From Gemmatimonadaceae bacterium (GTDB lineage: Bacteria > Gemmatimonadota > Gemmatimonadetes > Gemmatimonadales > Gemmatimonadaceae): a DNA stretch of 64,000 nucleotides. The DNA lies in contig JBHYGA010000005.1 in the NCBI GenBank assembly GCA_051859245.1, positions 160,001-224,000 of the forward strand, given 5' to 3'. The translations under genes were made by a program, and so were the position numbers. The notes beneath the pieces were generated by a model. That model had not been told where the DNA came from and did no database searches. It saw nothing but the letters and a program-made list of their open reading frames with translations. Shown in pieces: positions 11,404 to 20,209 of this stretch; the stretch's first letter is position 1, and each line of letters begins with the position of its first letter.

Positions 11404-11759
11404 TGGCCAAAATGGCAATCCCGAAGACGGGCGTACAGAAGCGCGCGCGGCGTCACCTGCGCGTGCGCAAGAAAGTGCATGGCACTCCGGAGCGTCCGCG
11501 CTTGGTGGTGTTCCGCTCGCTCAAGCACATGTATGCCCAGATCGTCGACGACCAGGCGCAGCGTACGCTGATGACGGTGGGCGATCAGGAAATGACGGGT
11601 TCGAAGTCGGAGAAGGCATCTGCAGTCGGCAAGTCGATTGCGGAACGTGCCAAGGCGGCCGGAATTTCGAAGGTCGTCTTCGACCGGGCCGGATACCAGT
11701 ATCACGGCCGAGTGAAGGCCGTGGCCGATGGCGCCCGAGAGGGCGGCCTGGAGTTCTGA
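11403..11759 (+). CDS. rplR: 50S ribosomal protein L18
   Basis: [31 protein letters not shown]. Confidence 0.99.
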   Translation: MAKMAIPKTGVQKRARRHLRVRKKVHGTPERPRLVVFRSLKHMYAQIVDDQAQRTLMTVGDQEMTGSKSEKASAVGKSIAERAKAAGISKVVFDRAGYQYHGRVKAVADGAREGGLEF

Positions 11760-11760
11760 T

Positions 11761-12621
11761 ATGGCTGAACAGACGAATTCGGGCGGCGGGGCCCCAAGCG
11801 GTCCCGGACGCAGTGCACGTAGCGGTGGCAGCGCGAGCGGCCCAGCCGGTCGTGGTCGTGGTGGCCCAGGTGGCGGCCGTGGCGGCGCTGGCGGTGGTCG
11901 TGGCGGCCCTGGTGGCGGTCGTGGTCCCGGCGGCGGCGCGGGTGGCCGTGGTCCTGGTGGACCTGGCGGCGGCCCCGGCGGTCGTGGCGGTGAAGGTGGC
12001 GGTCGTGGCGGCCCTGGCGGCGGTCGTGACTCGCGTGGCGGACCTGGCGGCGCCGATCGCAACGAAGGCAGCGATCTGGTAGAAAACGTGATCGCGATCA
12101 ATCGCGTCGCGAAAGTCGTGAAGGGTGGTCGTCGCTTCAGCTTCAACGCGCTCGTGGCCGTCGGCGACGGACAGGGCAAAGTGGGCTACGCCACTGGCAA
12201 GGCCAACGAAGTGTCCGAAGCGGTCCGCAAGGCCGTGGAAGGCGCGCGCAAGAGCATGGTGCAGATTCCGCTCACCGGATCCACGATTCCTCATGAAATC
12301 GTGGGCAAGCATGGCGCGGGCAAGGTGTTGCTCAAGCCGGCGGCTCCGGGTGCTGGCGTGATCGCCGGTGGTGCCGTTCGTGCGGTGATGGAGTGCGTGG
12401 GTATCCATGACATCCTCACCAAGAGCCTTGGCTCCACGAACCCGCACAACATGGTGCGCGCGGCAATGGACGGACTCCAGCATCTGATCACGGTTGATCA
12501 GGCCGCGAAGGAACGCGGAATCGATGTTGGTCAGATCGGGTATCGTTCACGGGCCAAGTTGCGCTCGACTGAATCGCGTACCCCAGGCGCAGCGGCTGTG
12601 GTCGCGGCGGAGGTGGCATAA
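11761..12621 (+). CDS. rpsE: 30S ribosomal protein S5 with ~104 aa Gly/Arg/Pro-rich N-terminal extension
   Basis: [38 protein letters not shown] 11761 follows ggag and the rplR stop. Confidence 0.97.
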   Translation: MAEQTNSGGGAPSGPGRSARSGGSASGPAGRGRGGPGGGRGGAGGGRGGPGGGRGPGGGAGGRGPGGPGGGPGGRGGEGGGRGGPGGGRDSRGGPGGADRNEGSDLVENVIAINRVAKVVKGGRRFSFNALVAVGDGQGKVGYATGKANEVSEAVRKAVEGARKSMVQIPLTGSTIPHEIVGKHGAGKVLLKPAAPGAGVIAGGAVRAVMECVGIHDILTKSLGSTNPHNMVRAAMDGLQHLITVDQAAKERGIDVGQIGYRSRAKLRSTESRTPGAAAVVAAEVA

Positions 12622-12875
12622 TGCCAAGAACATTTGTATGGCACGCGTCCAAGGGACCGAAGCACACCCCCAAGCTTGAGGCGCCCACGGGCGGTCAGGT
12701 CTTGATCACGCAGGTGCGCAGTGGTATCGGTCATTCGTGGCGTATGCGCCTCACGCTCAAGGCCCTCGGCCTCAAGCATCATCAGGACAGCGTGGTGCAG
12801 ACGGATACGCCGTCGCTGCGCGGTCAGATCAAGCATGTGCGTCACCTGGTTCAGGTGACGCCGGTGAAGGAGTAA
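12621..12875 (+). CDS. rpmD: 50S ribosomal protein L30 with N-terminal extension
   Basis: ITQVRSGIG, TLKALGL, DTPSLRGQIKHVRHLV. Confidence 0.96.
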   Translation: MPRTFVWHASKGPKHTPKLEAPTGGQVLITQVRSGIGHSWRMRLTLKALGLKHHQDSVVQTDTPSLRGQIKHVRHLVQVTPVKE

Positions 12876-12877
12876 CC

Positions 12878-13372
12878 GTGGCAACTAAAACCAAGAGCGC
12901 GGCCAACGGCGGCGCTGGCGATAAGCTTGGACTGCACAACCTCGTGCCGGCACCCGGTTCACACCGGTCGCGCCGTCGCGTGGGTCGCGGCCCGGGCTCG
13001 GGACTCGGCAAGACGTCCGGTAAGGGTCACAAGGGTTCCATGGCGCGTTCCGGCCATGGCGGTCCTGGTGGTGGCAAGCCGCATTTCGAAGGCGGTCAGA
13101 TGCCCCTCACGCGTCGTATTCCGAAGCGTGGTTTCAACAACCCGGCCCGTGTCGAAGCGCAGATCGTGCGTCTCGATGCCGTAGCCGCGTTGCAGGGCGA
13201 TGAAGTCACGACCGAGATCCTGTTGGCTGCCGGTTTGATCAAGGCGGGCAAGGGTCCGGCCAAGCTGCTCGCGAATGGCGAGCTCACCAAGGCAATGACG
13301 ATTCGCGGCGTAAAGGCCAGCGCGTCGGCGATTGCCAAAATCGAGGCGGCCGGCGGCCGCGTCGAGGGCTGA
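12878..13372 (+). CDS. rplO: 50S ribosomal protein L15
   Basis: RVGRGPGSGLGKTSGKGHKG, FEGGQMPL, KIEAAGG; GTG 12878 after aaggag. Confidence 0.98.
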   Translation: MATKTKSAANGGAGDKLGLHNLVPAPGSHRSRRRVGRGPGSGLGKTSGKGHKGSMARSGHGGPGGGKPHFEGGQMPLTRRIPKRGFNNPARVEAQIVRLDAVAALQGDEVTTEILLAAGLIKAGKGPAKLLANGELTKAMTIRGVKASASAIAKIEAAGGRVEG

Positions 13373-13388
13373 CGGAGACCCACCAGGA

Positions 13389-14729
13389 ATGGCCCAGACG
13401 AATGCGGCGGCTCAGGCCGTTGCGAACATCTACAAGACGCCAGAACTGTGGCAGAAGATCACCTTCACGCTCATTTGTCTGGTGATCTATCGTACGGGCG
13501 CGCACATCACGGCGCCCGGCATCGATGTCACGGCCATGATGGACTATTTCGCCGCACAAGGTTCGAACGGCCTGCTCGGCTTGTACAACCTTTTTGTGGG
13601 CGGATCGCTCGAGCGCGCCACAGTACTGTCGCTCGGCATCATGCCGTACATCTCGGCGAGCATCTTCATGCAGATCGCGGGCGCCGTTGTGCCTACGGTC
13701 GACAAGATGAACAAGGATGAAGAAGGCCGGAAGAAAGTCACGCAGTGGACGCGCTACCTCACGGTCGTGCTGGCCATGGTGCAGGCGTACGGATTCGCGC
13801 TCTTTGTCGCGAGCTTGCCGAACGCCGTGTCGCGTCCTGGTGCGTGGTTCACGATTCAGATGATGCTCTTCCTCACCACGGGCGCGCTGTTCGTGATGTG
13901 GTTGGGTGAGCAGATCACCGAGCGTGGCATCGGCAACGGCGCGTCACTCCTGATTTTCTTCTCCATCGTGCAGGGCTTCTGGCCGTCCATCTTCCAGACG
14001 TTCAGCCTGTTCAGCACGGGCGCGATTCCAATTTTCACGCTGATTCTGCTTGGTGTGATGATGATCGCGGTGGTTGCCGCAGTGGTCGCGGTAACGGTTG
14101 CTGCCAGACGCGTGGTCATTCAAATCCCGCAGCGCACCATGGGACGTGGTCGCATGCGTGAAGCGAGTCGCAACTTTATTCCGTTGCGTATCACCACGGC
14201 TGGCGTGATGCCGATCATCTTTGCGCAGTCGGTGATCATTGTACCGGGCGCGATTGGTCAGTTCAGCGGCAATCCGCGCTTGCAGGAAATCGCCGAAATG
14301 TTCAACCCGCTCGGCCCGAACCCGTGGTTGTATTTCGTGGTGTCGGCGGTGCTCATCATTCTGTTCACGTACTTCTACACGTCCATCATCTTCAATCCGG
14401 TGGACATCGCCGAGAATCTGAAGAAGCAGGGTGGATTTGTGCCGGGCGTGAAGCCTGGTGCAAAAACGGCGGAGTACATTGAAGGCGTGATTGAGCGCAT
14501 CACCCTGCCGGGCGCGCTGTTCCTCACGGCGATTGCGTTGTTGCCGATGGTGATTGCCCGCGTGATCAACGTGCCGTTCCTCTTTGGCGGAACGTCACTG
14601 CTGATCGTGGTTGGTGTGGCGCTTGATACCATGTCGCAAATGCAGCAGCACCTGTTGCTGCGCAAGTACGACGGCTTCATGAAGAAGGGTCGGGTGAAGT
14701 TCCGTGGCCGTCAGGCTTCGGGTATCTGA
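13389..14729 (+). CDS. secY: Preprotein translocase subunit SecY
   Basis: LGIMPYISASI, WLGEQITERGIGNG, GVMPIIFA, GGTSLLIVVGV. Confidence 0.99.
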   Translation: MAQTNAAAQAVANIYKTPELWQKITFTLICLVIYRTGAHITAPGIDVTAMMDYFAAQGSNGLLGLYNLFVGGSLERATVLSLGIMPYISASIFMQIAGAVVPTVDKMNKDEEGRKKVTQWTRYLTVVLAMVQAYGFALFVASLPNAVSRPGAWFTIQMMLFLTTGALFVMWLGEQITERGIGNGASLLIFFSIVQGFWPSIFQTFSLFSTGAIPIFTLILLGVMMIAVVAAVVAVTVAARRVVIQIPQRTMGRGRMREASRNFIPLRITTAGVMPIIFAQSVIIVPGAIGQFSGNPRLQEIAEMFNPLGPNPWLYFVVSAVLIILFTYFYTSIIFNPVDIAENLKKQGGFVPGVKPGAKTAEYIEGVIERITLPGALFLTAIALLPMVIARVINVPFLFGGTSLLIVVGVALDTMSQMQQHLLLRKYDGFMKKGRVKFRGRQASGI

Positions 14730-15380
14730 GTGCTGATCGTACTACTCGGACCACCAGGCGCAGGAAAGGGAACTCAAGGCGAGCGGCTTGCTGCTCGCCT
14801 TGAAGTGCCCAAGATCGCCACGGGAGACGTACTGCGTGCCGCGGTGCGCGATGGCACGCCGCTCGGTCTTGCGGCCAAGGCCGCCATGGATCGGGGTGAC
14901 CTCCTTCCTGACGACGTGATTCAGGGCATCATGAAGGAAGCGCTCACGGCACCGGAAGCGGCCAACGGCGCAATCCTCGATGGTGTCGTGCGCACGATTC
15001 CGCAGGCCGAGGGTTTGCGTGACATGCTCGCGTCGGTTGATCGCGAGCTGGACGCCGTGCTCCTGTTTGATGTCGAGACGGAAGAACTGGTGCGTCGCCT
15101 CAGCGGCCGTACCACGTGCAGTGCCTGTCAGCGCCCGTACTTTGGTCGCCAGCCGGGTGAGCCATGTGAATGCCCGGATGGCAAGAAGGGTGTTCTCGTG
15201 CGTCGCAGTGATGACGAACCGGAAGCGGTGCGCAAGCGTCTCGATGTATTCAAGGCGCAGACGCAGCCGGTGATTGAGTGGTATCGCAAGAACGGCGCTC
15301 GTGTGATTGCGATTAACGCGGTGGGCACGCTCGACGAAGTCGAGGCGCGCGCGATCGCGGGCCTCGGACCCGCACGCTGA
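14730..15380 (+). CDS. adk: Adenylate kinase with Cys-containing LID
   Basis: GPPGAGKGTQ P-loop; LID CSAC...CEC; follows secY. Confidence 0.97.
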   Translation: MLIVLLGPPGAGKGTQGERLAARLEVPKIATGDVLRAAVRDGTPLGLAAKAAMDRGDLLPDDVIQGIMKEALTAPEAANGAILDGVVRTIPQAEGLRDMLASVDRELDAVLLFDVETEELVRRLSGRTTCSACQRPYFGRQPGEPCECPDGKKGVLVRRSDDEPEAVRKRLDVFKAQTQPVIEWYRKNGARVIAINAVGTLDEVEARAIAGLGPAR

Positions 15381-15381
15381 G

Positions 15382-16149
15382 ATGGCGATCGGATCCGGGC
15401 TGCAACTCAAGTCGCCACGCGAAATTGATACGATGGCTCGTGGCGGCGCGATTCTGGCCGCCACGCATGCGTTTGTAAAGACGCACATTCAGCCCGGCGT
15501 GAGCACGGGCGAACTCGACCGCCTCGCTGAGCAGTTCATTCGCGATCACGCCGGCGCCGAACCCGCGTTCAAGGGACTCTACGGATTTCCTGGCGCTGTG
15601 TGTATTTCGGTGAACGAAGAAATCGTGCACGGCATTCCGTCGAACAAGCGCATCCTCAATGACGGCGACATTGTGTCGGTCGACATTGGTGTGAAGTTCG
15701 AAGGCATGTTCACCGATGCCGCGATCACGCATCCGGTTGGTGTGATTGACGAAGTCACGCAGCGGTTGCTCGAGGTCACAGAGCGTTCGCTGGCCGCCGG
15801 CATTGCTGCGGCGACCACGGACAATCATGTCGGTGACATCGGTGCGGCGATTCAGGCGGTTGTTGAGACGGCCGGGTTCTCGATCGTGCGTGAGCTTGTG
15901 GGGCACGGCGTTGGGTTTGCGCCGCACGAAGAGATTCAGATTCCCAACTACGGCAAGGCCAAGCGCGGGAAGAAACTCGTGGCTGGGCTTACCATCGCGA
16001 TCGAGCCCATGGTGAATGTGGGTACCGCGAAAACGCGTACGCTTGGTGATAAGTGGACGGTGGTCACGCTTGATGGGAAGCGGTCCGCGCACTTTGAGCA
16101 TACGATTGCGGTGACGGATGCCGGGCCGAGGGTGTTGACGGTCGTTTAA
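15382..16149 (+). CDS. map: Methionine aminopeptidase type I
   Basis: SVNEEIVHGIP, GHGVG...HEE, AIEPM, SAHFEHT. Confidence 0.98.
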   Translation: MAIGSGLQLKSPREIDTMARGGAILAATHAFVKTHIQPGVSTGELDRLAEQFIRDHAGAEPAFKGLYGFPGAVCISVNEEIVHGIPSNKRILNDGDIVSVDIGVKFEGMFTDAAITHPVGVIDEVTQRLLEVTERSLAAGIAAATTDNHVGDIGAAIQAVVETAGFSIVRELVGHGVGFAPHEEIQIPNYGKAKRGKKLVAGLTIAIEPMVNVGTAKTRTLGDKWTVVTLDGKRSAHFEHTIAVTDAGPRVLTVV

Positions 16150-16162
16150 GGGCGCGTCCGCG

Positions 16163-16346
16163 GGATTGTAAACTGCCTGGAACGCAGAGACGCAGAGACG
16201 CAGAGACTGCTCGCTGATTTGAGATCGCGGCTCAACACATTCAAAATGTTTTGAGGTGTGTGCCCGCTGCACCGCGGCACGTCGCAGCATGCAGTCTCTG
16301 CGACTCTGCGACTCTGCGCCTCTGCGTTCCAAGCAGTTTACGATCC
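16163..16346. repeat. Palindromic REP/MITE-like element, family A (CGCAGAGA units)
   Basis: Left arm 16163-16210 (3 units) and right arm 16291-16346 (4 units) are reverse complements; between convergent map and ftcD. Confidence 0.9.
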
Positions 16347-16374
16347 TGCCCTCGCCGCGAACGCGGCGCTACGC

Positions 16375-17916
16375 TCAACCCATCGACATCTCCGCCCGCC
16401 GCTCCGCCAGTCGCGCGTGCTCGTGCGCAATGCCAGCCGCCGCCATTGCATCTTCCACGAGCTTAGCCGCCCGCGACCCCGCACCAACCTCCGCGCCCTC
16501 CTGCTTCAGCGCGTGCACATTAATGCGCACATTCCAGATCGCTCCCTTGCACGCCGCCTCGGCGAGCAGTGCCGCTACCGTGGCATCACTGATCGCATTC
16601 TGATTGCCAATCCGCGCGACTTCGGCTGCGATCTCGCACACACGCGCGCACGCATTCGCCGTTTCAAGCGGCACGTCCGCTGCACCGTACAGTGCGATGT
16701 GAATCGCCTGCGTGCGTGCCGCCGCAGCTTCTTCTGTATCGCTGCCGAGTTGATACGCCGCGCGCACCGCTTCGTAGCTGTCCGCATCGCGCGTCACGAG
16801 GTCCGTGAGCGTGCGACGCAACGCTGACGCGCCCGCCGCAATCTGGCGCAGTTCTGTGTCGTGTGCCGCGTACTTCTTGCGACCAATGCTGAGCCCCGTG
16901 ACCATCTGCGCGAGCGCTGCACCGAGTGCGCCCGCGTGCGCCGAAACGCTACCACCACCTGGTGTCGGCGACGGCCCCGCCACGCGCGCGACAAATGCGT
17001 CAACACTTTCACCACCGGCCGCGAGTTCACGCACACGCGTTTCAATCAGCATGCGTGGTGAGTAGCCGCGAAGTTGCACGTGACGCGCGCCGGCTTCGAG
17101 CAGGCAGCGCTCTGGCACTAATCCAACGAGCTCACTCCAAGTTGGCGCAACGCCGAACGCTGCCGCTTCACTCTTCACCATTTCAAACACGCGATGCAGC
17201 GGTGTCTTTTCCGTGTCGACAAGATTCATGGACACCTGCGCTTGTCCGTCAACTTCAAGGCCCATGCCTTTCACGTAGCGCAGTCCACCGCTTGAACCGC
17301 GAATGGCTTTGGCCACTTCTTTGGCCACGGGCAGATTGCTCGCCGGGCCGAGGTAGACGTTGTAGGCGACGAGGAACGGTCGTGCACCGATTGCGATGGC
17401 GCCCGCGGTTGCGTGTACCGCGCGCGGGCCAAAGTCGGGAATGCGAGCGTCGTCAGTGGCAATGCTATCGCGAATGCCTTCGAATTGTCCGCGTCGCACG
17501 TCGGCGAGATTCTCGCGCGCAGGAGATTGTGCCGCGCACTCGTAGAGGTACACCGGAACCGACAGCTCACGCGCCACACGTTCGCCGAGCTCGCGCGCGA
17601 GTGCGATGCAGTCGTCCATGGTCACGCCATCGAGCGGAATGAACGGCACCACGTCGGTTGCACCGAGTCGCGGGTGTTCCCCAACGTGTTTGGTGAGATC
17701 AATGCGCGCGGTGGCTTCGCGTATGCCAGCGAATGCTGCGTTCACCGCCACTTCAATTGGTGCGACGAACGTGATCACCGTGCGATGGTGCGATGCGTCG
17801 CTTGAAACATCGAGCACGTGTGCGCCGTCCACGCCAGCGATGGCATCGCGAATTGCGGAGATGATGGCCGCGTCTCGGCCCTCAGAGAAGTTGGGGACGC
17901 ATTCAACGAAGGGCAT
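16375..17916 (-). CDS. ftcD: Glutamate formimidoyltransferase-cyclodeaminase (fused)
   Basis: ECVPNFSEGR, HVGEHPRLGATDVVPFIP, QVSMNL; C-terminal cyclodeaminase SPTPGGGSVSA, NVRIN. Confidence 0.95.
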   Translation of the reverse strand: MPFVECVPNFSEGRDAAIISAIRDAIAGVDGAHVLDVSSDASHHRTVITFVAPIEVAVNAAFAGIREATARIDLTKHVGEHPRLGATDVVPFIPLDGVTMDDCIALARELGERVARELSVPVYLYECAAQSPARENLADVRRGQFEGIRDSIATDDARIPDFGPRAVHATAGAIAIGARPFLVAYNVYLGPASNLPVAKEVAKAIRGSSGGLRYVKGMGLEVDGQAQVSMNLVDTEKTPLHRVFEMVKSEAAAFGVAPTWSELVGLVPERCLLEAGARHVQLRGYSPRMLIETRVRELAAGGESVDAFVARVAGPSPTPGGGSVSAHAGALGAALAQMVTGLSIGRKKYAAHDTELRQIAAGASALRRTLTDLVTRDADSYEAVRAAYQLGSDTEEAAAARTQAIHIALYGAADVPLETANACARVCEIAAEVARIGNQNAISDATVAALLAEAACKGAIWNVRINVHALKQEGAEVGAGSRAAKLVEDAMAAAGIAHEHARLAERRAEMSMG

Positions 17917-18017
17917 GGCCAGGGCGTGCGAGGGGGAGTGTGAGACTGTTGTCGACGTGCGTTACAGCAGAGTCTGCCTTGAAATTTAGATGGCGGAAAA
18001 GGCGGGGTATAGGGCAA

Positions 18018-18422
18018 ATGCCCAATTGCGTCGCATTGAGCCGCGAAGTACCTCAAGACATGGACGCACACGAACTCTTGATTCATGCAGATAATGGCTG
18101 GCTCAACTTCAGAAATCGGGACGGAGCTTTGAGTATTCCGGAGCGATACTCGCGCTCGTGCGCACAGCTCGCACAAATGTTGTCGCGCAGCGCGATGCGA
18201 TGTCAGATCGTGGAACTTCTAGTACAAGGCAAGTCGCGGAAGGAAATATCGAACGATATTCAGCGATCTCAGCACACCGTGGATACGCACATCAAGGCGT
18301 TGTATCGCGGCGTTGGCGTTGGCGATCGCGCGCAACTGATCGTGATTGCGGTATTGTTGTTCCGCTTCGGTGCCCCCCCCCCGGAACTGGGGACTGTACA
18401 TGAGCATAGTGTTGCTGAATGA
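18018..18422 (+). CDS. LuxR-type HTH regulator without a recognisable receiver domain
   Basis: IVELLVQGKSRKEISNDIQRSQHTVDTHIKALYRGVGVGDRAQL fits the LuxR/GerE HTH pattern; start uncertain (17940, 18018 or 18060). Confidence 0.8.
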   Translation: MPNCVALSREVPQDMDAHELLIHADNGWLNFRNRDGALSIPERYSRSCAQLAQMLSRSAMRCQIVELLVQGKSRKEISNDIQRSQHTVDTHIKALYRGVGVGDRAQLIVIAVLLFRFGAPPPELGTVHEHSVAE

Positions 18423-18473
18423 TGATGCCCTAACTGAATGCGGCTTTGTCTCATGTCCAACAAAGGAGATAGC

Positions 18474-19607
18474 GTGCTTGAGCGACGGATTATCGCGAGT
18501 CTTAGTGTAGGAGTAGTCGCCGTGAGTGTACTCGTCGCGGCTTGCGGCACACGAGAGCAGTCAGCAGTGGCACCAGTAGCAGAGGCTCCCCTCGATCTCA
18601 TGCACATGTTCGAGCGCTCTTTAAAGGATCCGATGTCGCTGGGAAATCAGCACAACGCTGGTCTTGACTCAATTCTGGTGAGAATAAAGCATGCACGAGC
18701 TCAGAAGAACGGCGCAAGATTGACGAAGTCCGAGATCTGCGACGTCATTTCCGGCATAGTGTCAGAGAAATTCGTCGAAGCAGAGGCCAAAGTTTTGGAG
18801 CGGACTCCTGGAAAATTTCTCCATCCGAGAAACGCGTGCAGAGGCGAAAATCTTGTTCTGGCTGCAGGTGGGCGCCTAAAGCAACTTCGTGCGATTCGCG
18901 CCTTCAGCATGGCACAAGCTAGCCTTACTGAGGATTGGATCGATACGGTGTGGGCCACGGATTCTTTGTGGGACGGAGCGGACGACATCAGCCTGCAGGA
19001 TGATTTGACTTTTTTGAGCAGTCTAGATGGCATCTTTACTGCTGCGATCAATGGAACCACCTCGTCCAGCGGCCTCTCCACTGCAGTTGGTGGGCTCTTA
19101 AGCTCGCTGAACCTGAGCGATGACGTTCAGGCGGAGTGGGTCACTGAGGTCGCCGCGCTCTCGGTTTCTTCGTCCGACTATTGGAACGCGAATCTCGAAG
19201 AGTGGCTCGACCAGTATTGCGAAGATCAGTCAGAGCAGATGCGTGCACCAAGCTCATCCATGATGGCATTGGACTGCGATGATGAAGGTGGTGGAGAGTC
19301 GCTTCGCGCTGGCTCCATGCTTGACGGCTGCTGTGAATGGAACGACGTGAAGGGCGTCGTTATCGCAGATGCAGTTGGGGCACTTGGCATTGGAGGTCTA
19401 CTCATCGATTCGTATATCCAAGGCAACGCCGCAAGCTGGAAGAAGGTTGCGCAAGGAACGCCCGGCTACAAGGTTTTGGTGCGCTACGAGAATCCCACTT
19501 ACTGGCAACAGGTTGTCGCCGGTGGAACCAAGGTTGCGAGGAGAGCAGTGATGGGTGGCATCTGGGGCGCAGCCATCAACTCTGCGGGTGCCTATCTAGC
19601 GCAGTGA
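18474..19607 (+). CDS. Hypothetical lipoprotein (377 aa) with Gly/Ala-rich bacteriocin-like C-terminus; candidate pro-toxin
   Basis: aaaggag SD before GTG 18474; signal peptide and lipobox VAAC (Cys24); C-terminal VIADAVGALGIGG and MGGIWGAAINSAGA. Confidence 0.75.
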   Translation: MLERRIIASLSVGVVAVSVLVAACGTREQSAVAPVAEAPLDLMHMFERSLKDPMSLGNQHNAGLDSILVRIKHARAQKNGARLTKSEICDVISGIVSEKFVEAEAKVLERTPGKFLHPRNACRGENLVLAAGGRLKQLRAIRAFSMAQASLTEDWIDTVWATDSLWDGADDISLQDDLTFLSSLDGIFTAAINGTTSSSGLSTAVGGLLSSLNLSDDVQAEWVTEVAALSVSSSDYWNANLEEWLDQYCEDQSEQMRAPSSSMMALDCDDEGGGESLRAGSMLDGCCEWNDVKGVVIADAVGALGIGGLLIDSYIQGNAASWKKVAQGTPGYKVLVRYENPTYWQQVVAGGTKVARRAVMGGIWGAAINSAGAYLAQ

Positions 19608-19618
19608 GTAACAGCCGA

Positions 19619-19658
19619 GCACTGCCGCGCTCCGAGATACGGACGAGCGCGGCAATGC
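19619..19658 (+). other. GC-rich stem-loop between lipoprotein and membrane protein genes
   Basis: gcactgccgcgctc (19619-19632) pairs with gagcgcggcaatgc (19645-19658), one mismatch; no U-tract. Confidence 0.55.
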
Positions 19659-19740
19659 GAGTCATTGACGTGGGCGCGCGTTCGAGAGTAGAGACAGTGA
19701 GTTGATCAGGAGTATTGCGACATCGCAATAGGAGAACTGC

Positions 19741-20154
19741 ATGCCGACGAAGTTTCGACCAGTATTGGTTCTCGCTTTACCCATAGTGGCAGCGATGTCA
19801 GCGCTAGTATTGAGTTCGACCGCTAAACCCGTCAGTGCCGCGTTGGTCTGGAGAGTGTTGGTCGTCTCCATCGCTCTCTTTGGCCTCTACTGCGGATTTT
19901 GGGTCGCATTGTCGCGACTTGGGCGATCCCGACCTGTTCTCGTTGGCGCGATCCGAGGCGCTGCATGGGGAATGCTGGTAGCCTACCTGAACTCTTGGGC
20001 AGCCGGCGAACCTGCGCCGCCTTACGTGGCCGTCTGGTACAAGGTCATCGCAATGTCGTTGGCCTTCGCAATTCTCGCTTCAGGCGGAGGACCAAGGACG
20101 AAGGTGCCTTCGAGGTTGCGGCACTGGTTTGAAAACAAAGCGATGATCCAGTGA
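19741..20154 (+). CDS. Small membrane protein with about 4 TM helices; candidate immunity protein
   Basis: taggag SD; 137 aa with four hydrophobic segments and a basic tail. Confidence 0.7.
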   Translation: MPTKFRPVLVLALPIVAAMSALVLSSTAKPVSAALVWRVLVVSIALFGLYCGFWVALSRLGRSRPVLVGAIRGAAWGMLVAYLNSWAAGEPAPPYVAVWYKVIAMSLAFAILASGGGPRTKVPSRLRHWFENKAMIQ

Positions 20155-20209
20155 AATCATCACGCGCTGTTACGGTCGGCGAAGGCCATGTGTGACATTG
20201 CGCGCCGCC

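Noticed and set aside
16163..16346. Possible CRISPR array from repeated CGCAGAGA
   Set aside because: Units are 8 bp, contiguous and inverted, with no repeat-spacer pattern and no cas genes.
17917..20209. att sites or direct repeats bounding the lower-GC cassette
   Set aside because: Only weak similarity (gtgtgagactg versus gtgtgacattg); no convincing duplication, tRNA or integrase.
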